A stretch of 63,401 nt of DNA, counting the filler, from Conidiobolus incongruus B7586 (Eukaryota), in assembly GCA_000697335.1 (NCBI GenBank). It is 11 parts of 11 records of this genome, joined end to end, with 100 filler letters (N's around TTAATTAATTAA, not from the genome) between each part and the next. Parts side by side here need not be neighbours in the genome. Positions count along the whole stretch, not along the records: positions 54,821 to 57,122 come from JNEM01006090.1; positions 57,223 to 59,652 come from JNEM01006092.1; positions 59,753 to 60,911 come from JNEM01006105.1; positions 61,012 to 62,014 come from JNEM01006116.1; positions 62,115 to 63,401 come from JNEM01006124.1; 6 more parts are not named here. One strand, written 5' to 3'. The notes under the pieces are model-generated. The model did no database searches. It had not been told where the DNA came from and saw only the letters and a program-made list of their open reading frames with translations. Position 1 is the stretch's first letter, and the number at the start of each line of letters is the position of its first letter. The translations under genes and the position numbers were made by a program. This document shows, piece by piece, positions 54,932 to 63,401 of this stretch.

Positions 54932-56499
54932 TACTAACCTACAAAAGTAAGTGATAAAATCCAAAACATTTATATTTTTACTAATAACTTAATTAATATT
55001 TAATAAAATAAACTTAAATTAAATAATTAAAGTCTATTATATTTATTAATTATATATCATTAAATGATAATATTTAGCTATTAATTGGTTAAAATATAAA
55101 CCTTAAAATTTTACCTAGGGTGAGTTAAAATTTGTAGGTTTTTAGTGATAAAAAAAATTAAAACTTAATATATCTACCTTTAACTTTTTTAATTTCTTTA
55201 AGTTTATAGGGTATAGAATCAACTAACTTTTTATATTAAAAAGGGTTAATCTTGTTTTATACTTCTTAAATATATTTTTAAAGTTGATTTAAATTTTTTA
55301 TTAGGGGGAAAATTTTAATAGCTTTTTTTAACTAATTATAAAAGTATTTAATTAAATTAAAGTTAGAAAATTAAAAAAGCTACTTCATAACTATTATCTT
55401 ATTATTTTTAAGCTATTTTGTAATAAAAGCTATAATATAATAAGAGGTATTATCTTGTTAGAAAATAACATCAGATTTATTTAACCTATATTATTTAATA
55501 GTTTTTTTCAATTTACTATTTAAAATACTTTAGTATATTTCAATATTAGTTCCCCTATTAATTTTATAAAGATACTTTATATTTAAAGATAATATATATT
55601 CTTAAACAATAATTAACCTATTATTATACTTTTAGTTAAAATTAACATAATGGTTATAAAGTAATTTTATATCTTTTTTAAAATATCTAGCTTTTTTATT
55701 AAATCTACTAAAGTATATTTTTGTTTCATTAAATTAAATAACCTTATTTTAATTAGTTTTAGTTTAATATTAATAATGATATTTAAATTCCTAACTAATT
55801 TTACAATGGGATTTCTTTAATTAAAGGTGTTTGTTCTTAAAGTATAAGTGATATTTATGTTAATATAAAGTATATATAATAGTATTAATGTTAACTAATA
55901 TTCTTATATAGTTTTATAATTCCTGTTATATTTTTACAATAGTACTACACTTGCTTGTATTAACCAACTTATAAATATACTTCTTATTATGTTTATTTAT
56001 AATTTTAACACACTTAAGTTTAAGTTTAAATGTTTTTTTATTGCTATTCTTAATAACTTTAACTATAGTAAACTAACTAACATTAGTAATTCTAATAATA
56101 TTATAAGTTGATTTACCTTCTTTATAAAGTTGATTAATGCATAAATAAATTTTTTTAGAAAGGGATTTAAGTATAATAATACTAATAAAAAAATTTAGTA
56201 TATTTATAAAATATTATATAAAATAATAACAAAGAAAGAAAAAAGATATAGTTATATATTATTAAATATATCCTTTTATCTTAAAAACCTGTAAATTTAT
56301 AACTTAACTTAGTTAAATATTAAAGGTTAATATATTTGCTAATAGTTTACTAAATATATTTAAATATATTTATTTATTAGTAAATAATATACCTTAATTA
56401 TATATTATAGTTTCAAGTAATCAAATATATACAATTGTTTTAATTATTAATTAAAATAAATATATTTTTGATTTTATAACTTATTTATATAGGTTAGTA
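54932..56499 (-). mobile_element. Full-length degenerate Tc1-like transposon (about 1.57 kb)
   Basis: TIRs TACTAACCTA...AAG..ATAAAATC at both ends, flanked by TA. Decayed transposase motifs VI*FNETK (WSDETK) and F*QDN. Confidence 0.8.
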
Positions 56500-57681
56500 T
56501 ATTAATTATATATATTTTTTATAAATACTTTTGTTTTTAATATTATTTTAATAAGTTTAATTTAGTTATAGTTATTTTAGTTTTTTAAACCTTTGTTAAA
56601 TTATAAGATATTTAATCTTATTTTTATTAATTAAATTAAAACTAAAATTAAATATATATAATATGCTTATATAGTTAATATTAAATATTTTAATAATTTT
56701 TTAATCAAAATAAAAAAGATATTTATTAATATATTCTTTTATTTTATTAATAAATAAAAAATAAAAATAGAAATTAATTTTTAAGATTTTAATAAATTTT
56801 AAATAATGCCTTTTTTAGCTTAAAGATTATAAATCTAATGATATATAATAATTTTTGATAAAATATCAGCTTTATAAACTATTTATAAGTTTTAAAAATA
56901 TAAAAATAAGAACCTTTTGATAATATTTATCTAATTTAAATATAATTAAATTTAATTATAAATTTTAAAATCAAAATATTTTAATAAAAAAAGAGTTAAA
57001 ATTAAATATTTATTTTCCTATATATTATATCTATAAATAATCTTTCAAAATATATAATATTTTTGAAAGATCAAAAATTAAAAAATTTATCATTTTTTAT
57101 TAATTATATAAAAATATTTAATNNNNNNNNNNNNNNNNNNNNNNNNNNNNNNNNNNNNNNNNNNNNTTAATTAATTAANNNNNNNNNNNNNNNNNNNNNN
57201 NNNNNNNNNNNNNNNNNNNNNNTTATAAATGATTTTAAAGGGTTTATAGTTAAGTTTTAATAATACAAAAATAAAAATTTTTGATAATCACTATTTAAGT
57301 TTAATTAAATTTAAACTCAAATTTTTTAAAATATGAATATTTTAATAAAAAAATAATTATACAATATATATATTTTCAAATATTTATTCTCTTATATATT
57401 ATATATATATTTGATTTTTCAAAACTAGCAATATGTTTGAAAAATCAAAAATTAAAAAATTTATCTTTTTTTTCTTTCTGAATTAATAGTAATGAATAAT
57501 TAAATATTATTTTTTTAAATGGATTTAATCTAATCTAAAAGTAAAAAATGATATTGTCACTGAATATTAATTAAGTATTAAATGTGAAGATTTATTATGA
57601 TTAATAAATATATCTATAATAATAAATAATTAGGAATAGTAAAAGTCATTATGAAATCAAAAAGCGTATGAAACTTATGAA

Positions 57682-58341
57682 TTATTTGCCAATTGAATAT
57701 CGCGAACAATTTGGGATGGTATTACCTTCTCCAGAAGTTGATCCGAAATCGAAAGTCCAATACCAATTGACGCAAGCTGCTCCAAATTCAGTGTATTTAG
57801 GATTAATCATATTGGCATAATGTCCAGGTGAATCAACCCAAGCTTGTACTACTTGATGTACAGTTTTTTGGTTCCATGCTACATTTTCAGCAACGTAACG
57901 TCCAGGGTATTCGGCATTGTCCATTCGAGTGACCAATGTGCCACCATCAGAGCTTGCATGTGTCATGTTCTTGTATCGCGCTTGATCGATACTGTGCTTC
58001 AAAGCTGCTTGCGTAAGTACCGAATTGATACTTAATGGTGCTGCACCCTTGAGGGATCGTTGGTAATTCACTAAACAAGCCATCAGTTGAATGTCAAATG
58101 GATTTTGTTTGAGTGATGATAATGGGAGAGGTAGTTCAGGATTGGAGCCAGAGGCAGAGGTAGGGCTGGGACTACGGCTAGAACTATAGGTAGTGCTGGG
58201 GGGTGTTGCTTTAGGAGGTAATTGTGTCCTTATACGGGGATGATTATTATATCTTAGAAGATTACCAAGATTCAAGACTAAAGCAGAGTAGCTAGATAAT
58301 ACCAAAATTAATATAAATTTTACGAAGATTTTTCGAATCAT
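57682..58341 (-). CDS. Secreted CAP/SCP (PR-1-like) domain protein
   Basis: Signal peptide, S/T/P linker, LVNYQR, AALKHS, AENVA and WVDSPGHYANM. Confidence 0.92.
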   Translation of the reverse strand: MIRKIFVKFILILVLSSYSALVLNLGNLLRYNNHPRIRTQLPPKATPPSTTYSSSRSPSPTSASGSNPELPLPLSSLKQNPFDIQLMACLVNYQRSLKGAAPLSINSVLTQAALKHSIDQARYKNMTHASSDGGTLVTRMDNAEYPGRYVAENVAWNQKTVHQVVQAWVDSPGHYANMINPKYTEFGAACVNWYWTFDFGSTSGEGNTIPNCSRYSIGK

Positions 58342-59752
58342 TTTTTAATTATTAGGGAAATTAAAGTATAATTTAATGATTATAAACACTCATCATCATA
58401 ACCTATTTATACAAACGTGATTCGATCGTTCTAGACAAATTTCAAGTAACTTTAGGGAGTGATTAAAAAATTTAAAAAAATTAATTTCAACTTTGGTCCC
58501 TTTGCATTGGAAAGTCTTCTAGACTAAATTAATTTATCGGTTAAAATTTGATGCAAAAATTGCTTTAATTTCAGGGTTATTCACCATGGTTAACTTGATT
58601 CCAAATTAGATAATTGGTTTTTATATGATGTAGCACTTTTAAATTATTATTTACTATATTTTAAATTTTTTATAGATTATATGGCTTTTATAGTTCACTA
58701 AATGAATAAATAGTTAATATAAAAGGGTTTAATTCTAGATTTAAATATCAAATTTATGAGAATTTGATTTTGTTTTTGAATGCAAATTTATATTTGAATA
58801 AGATAATCTGATATAATAAAATATTTGAAAAATTTACTTAACAATAAGTTTTATAAAGTTAATTGATTAATATCTTTATTATATAACGAATATTCAGTAG
58901 CCAAAATTTCATTTTTTTAATATTATTAGTTTCTACTTGTCAACCTCATAATAATATTAATATAAAGAATCAAATATTTTTTCAAATTTAATAATTTTAA
59001 AATTTATTTAGTATTAAATAAAAGGGAAAAATTAGAATAATTAATATATGACATCGCTCAGTAAAAACTGTTATTCAAAATAGTTTCTTAAGTAAACTTA
59101 CCTTATTATTATATCAGATGTTGAGTTCTTCAACTTTCATTTCTATAAAATTTACTAATCATAAAATTGAGGATTATTTTAAAACTTAAGTTATAACTTG
59201 TCTTTAGTAAATATTTACTTTTGATATTTTAATCATATATATTTCTATTTTAATAGATGAAAGAATGCAAATTAGAATTTTTTTAAATTCAATTAAATTT
59301 TTTGAATTTTTATATTGATTAAAACTAATTTTTTTTAAATATAATACTAATTAATAAAAATAAATCAAGTAAATATATATTAATTGATTATGTTTTAAAT
59401 TATATAAATATTATTTTGAAATAAATTAATAATTTTATAATCAATCCCAAAACTTATTAGTATTAATTAAATTTTATATAAAATTATATTATTTTGAATT
59501 TTTAATATTATTCTAGATTCTAAATAATAAGAGTTTTTTAAGATTAAATATAAGTAATTATTTTTATATATAACTTATAAAAATAAAATATAATATAAAT
59601 TCAATACTCTTTTTTAAATTAACATTTTTTTCACTATTCTTTGGTAAACTTTNNNNNNNNNNNNNNNNNNNNNNNNNNNNNNNNNNNNNNNNNNNNTTAA
59701 TTAATTAANNNNNNNNNNNNNNNNNNNNNNNNNNNNNNNNNNNNNNNNNNNN

Positions 59753-59850
59753 TTTTAAATAATCAATAATAATAAAAATAATATTATTTTAAATAATCAA
59801 TAATAATAAAAATAATATTATTTTAAATAATCAATAATATTAAAAATAAT
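59753..59850. repeat. 34-bp AT-rich tandem repeat (about 3 units) at a contig edge
   Basis: Units start at 59753, 59787 and 59821. Confidence 0.7.
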
Positions 59851-61012
59851 ATAAATAATATAAATTATATATAGTTAAATAAATAAGTTAATTATTATCA
59901 AGACCCAATAAATACAAATTGATCTGAGATTCAAGGAGCCAGGAATAGTACTCCTTTAAGATATTAAATATATCAAATGTCATCATAACTATCAATATCT
60001 TATATAGGAATCCAATTTTATTACTAATTAAAAATCCCAGGATATTACAAAAAAGGGTTAATACAAATAGAAAAATATAAAGCATTATATATAATCTTAG
60101 AGAAAATAATAGAAGGTCAGGGTTAAATTTGTCAGTTATATTAGATATGGATATAATAAAGAACCATTTCCATAATATTCAAGGAAGGTTATTTTTAATA
60201 ATAATAATTATAAATTTATTATAAATTAGTTTTGCTAATAATTGATATAGATATTTTGCTTGCAATCAATAATTTAAATAGATGGGATATTTATATTAAT
60301 CTAGAGAAAAAGTGGTTTATTAATCCAATAGTTGGAAGGTAGGAGTTCCTCCATTATTAAGGTTTTATAATTAGGCTTATCTAGTTATTGGGTAGATGCA
60401 AGTATATTGCAATAGTTATTATCAAATTTAAATATATAAATTTTTTCAATTTTTATAATAATTTAAAAATTATTAAAATTCAATTATATTCTTATTATAA
60501 TATATGAAATATTAATTAAAAATCATAATTTTTATTGAAACTTTAATTGGAAAATAGTAATTTTTTAAGATTTTTTAATTTAAAAATAATATTATATTAA
60601 AATAAAATTAATATTAAAAGATTATACTAATTAATTAAAAAGATACCCTTATATAAATACTGAATATTAAGCAAATAATATATAAGATTCATAAACTATA
60701 TAAGAAAAAACCAAATTAAGAATAGTCTAATAATGGAAAAAATCTATTTAGGATAATTAATTAATTCAAATATTTCAATTATATAAAAAATACTTATAGT
60801 ATGGCATTTCTAAATTATTATAAATTTTTAAACTAAAAATAATAAATTATTCCTAATCTTTATTAATTAATATAATAGGATATTAATATATTATATTATT
60901 ATTAAATTAACNNNNNNNNNNNNNNNNNNNNNNNNNNNNNNNNNNNNNNNNNNNNTTAATTAATTAANNNNNNNNNNNNNNNNNNNNNNNNNNNNNNNNN
61001 NNNNNNNNNNNT

Positions 61013-62014
61013 AGCTACGATTACATCGTCGTGGGTGCTGGTCCCACCGGATCCATGGTCGCTACAGAATTAGCTAGAAAGGGATTCTCCACTCTCTTAA
61101 TCGATGCTGGTAAGGATTACTTACATCCTAATATCACCGTACCAGCTTTCCAATTCAACGCTTTGGAAACTGAACAGATCCAATGGGATTACTGGGTCAA
61201 GCACTATGACGAATCTACCGGCTTGAGACAAAGAGTGCTGTACCCTAAAGCTTCTGGTCTTGGTGGTTGTACTCTCCACAATAGTATGCTCCACGTCTAT
61301 CCCAATTCCAGGGACTTTAAAGAAATGGTGGAATTAACTGGTGACAAATCCTGGGCTGAACCTACTTTCCGTAAATATCTCGAAACTATCGCATTATATC
61401 GTCTTAGTGGAAGTGATGAAGAGCGCTCTCGTAGATGGTTACCTCTCTCCACTTTGAATGTATTCCGTATTTTAGATTTAGATACTAAATTATTAGGTTT
61501 GGCTAAATTGATCTTGGGTCCTTACTTCAACAGTATTACCGGTTTTGATCCCAATGGTTATGATAGAAATGGAAATCTTAACACTGACAAAGAATCTGAT
61601 TTCTTGCCTAGATCTAACATTGATGAATTGAGCACAGGCATTCCTTTCAGAAGAGGTATTCCTGAGTATTTGAAAACTCGTCGCAACGATCCTAAATTGA
61701 CTATTTGGACTGAAACCTTGGTCACTAAGATTCTATTGAATGGTACTACTGCTACTGGTGTAGAATTCGCTAAAGGCGAACATTTGTACAGAGCTAGTCC
61801 TATTGCTCGTCGCGAAAATAAGCCTCTTCCCAAGCTTGAAAATGTCTATGCCAAGAAAGAAGTCATTATCTCTGCTGGTACTTTCAACTCCCCCCAATTG
61901 GCCATGTTATCTGGTATTGGTGATAAAGATGAATTAGCCGCTGTGGGTATCACTCCTAAGATCCATTTACCTGGTGTTGGCAAGAACCTCCACGATAGAT
62001 ATGAAGTTTCTGTA
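61013..62014 (+). CDS. GMC (glucose-methanol-choline) oxidoreductase, partial, bounded by gaps
   Basis: YDYIVVGAGPTG FAD-binding motif, LGGCTLHN, EVIISAGTFNSPQLAMLSGIG and LPGVGKNLHD. Confidence 0.93.
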
Positions 62015-62114
62015 NNNNNNNNNNNNNNNNNNNNNNNNNNNNNNNNNNNNNNNNNNNNTTAATTAATTAANNNNNNNNNNNNNNNNNNNNNNNNNNNNNN
62101 NNNNNNNNNNNNNN

Positions 62115-63401
62115 ATAGATATACTAAATTTTTTTTATTAGTATTATTATACCTAAATCCCTCTCTAAAAAAATCTATTTGTACATTAATTAACTTAATA
62201 AAAAAAGTAAATTAACTTATAATATTGTTAGAATTACTAATGTTAGTTAGTTTACTATAGTTAAAGTTATTAAGAATAACAATAAAGAAACATTTAAACT
62301 TAAACTTAAGTATATTAAAATTATAAATAAATATAATAAGAAGTATATTTATAAGTTGGTTAATATAGGTAAATATAGTACTATTGTAAAAATATAGCAG
62401 GAACTATAAAATTATATAAGAATATTAGTTAACACTAATACTATTATATATACTTTATATTAACATAGATACTACTTATACTTTAAAAAAAAACACCCCC
62501 AACTAAAGAAATCTTACTATAAAAGTAGGTAAAAGTTTAAATGTCACTATTAATGTTAAATTAAAATTGATTAGAATAATGTTATTTAGTTTAATGAAAC
62601 AAAAATATATTTTAGTAGATTTGATAAAAAAGCTAGATACTTTAAAAAAGATACAGAATTATTTTGTAATTATTATGTTAATTTTACCTAAAAGTACAAT
62701 AATAGGTTAATTATTGTTTAAGGATATATATTGTTTTTAAGTATAAGATATCTTTGTAAAATTAATAGGGGAATTAATATTAAAATATACTAAAGTATTT
62801 TAAACAATAAATTGAAAAAACTATTAAATAATATAAGTTAAATAAATCTAATATTATTTTTTAGTAAAATAATACCTTTTGTTATATTATAGCTTTTATT
62901 ACCAAATAACTTAAAAATAACAAGATAATAGTTATAAAATAGCTTTTTTAATTTTTTAACTTTAATTTAATTAAATATCTTTAGGATTAATTAAAAAAAA
63001 TTATTAAAGCTTTCCCCCTAGTTAAAGATTTAAATCAACTTTAAAAATATATTTAAGAAATATAGAACAAGATTAACCTTTCTTAATATAAAAAGTTAAT
63101 TAATTTTATACCTTACAAACTTAAAGAGGTTAAAAAAGTTAAAGGTAGATACACTAAGTTTTAATTTCTTTTATCACTAAAAACCTATAAATTTATAACT
63201 TACCTTAGGTAAAATTTAAAGGTTTATATATTAGTTAATTAATAATTAAATATTATTATTTAATGATATATATAATTAATTAATGATATATATAATTAAT
63301 TAATATAATAGATTTTAATTATTTAATTTAGATTTATTTTATTAAAAATTAATTAAGTTATTAGTAAAAATATAAGTGTTTTTAATTTTATAACTTACTT
63401 T
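62115..63401 (+). mobile_element. Degenerate Tc1-like transposon, cut by gap and window end
   Basis: Reverse complement of about 54945-56200. D*NNVI*FNETKI and F**NNTFCY are decayed WSDETK and FQQDNAPCH. Confidence 0.8.

Noticed and set aside
59888..60420. Hydrophobic 65-aa ORF and moderately GC-rich block (also AT-rich ORFs at 2073, 2937, 23669, 26415 and 32632)
   Set aside because: Composition-driven ORFs in AT-rich or decayed DNA with no recognisable family.

Overview
AT-rich eukaryotic DNA with short GT-AG introns of about 45-65 nt. Gene content and composition suggest an early-diverging fungus, possibly Entomophthoromycotina such as Conidiobolus (inference only). The assembly is a draft, with N-gaps carrying an artificial TTAATTAATTAA linker. 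Single-copy genes: RPB1 (probable 1-nt homopolymer error before the CTD), tRNA-Leu(UAA), a class I cyclic-nucleotide phosphodiesterase, PalA/Rim20, a Mic12-like protein, mitochondrial EF-G2, a compact PARP catalytic domain, a secreted CAP/SCP protein and a GMC oxidoreductase. The repeat-rich part holds two full-length chromodomain Ty3/gypsy elements with 5-bp TSDs (one nested in an LTR of its own family), further LTRs, four Tc1-like copies and one mariner. All are destroyed by C>T/G>A hypermutation. Three observations stand out. (1) Three small secreted peptide genes cluster together: two identical copies in a 415-bp inverted repeat plus a diverged paralog missed by the ORF track. (2) The PDE stop codons lie inside a strong hairpin followed by a 68-codon in-frame, coding-like extension. 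(3) The transposons carry a RIP-like mutation signature.
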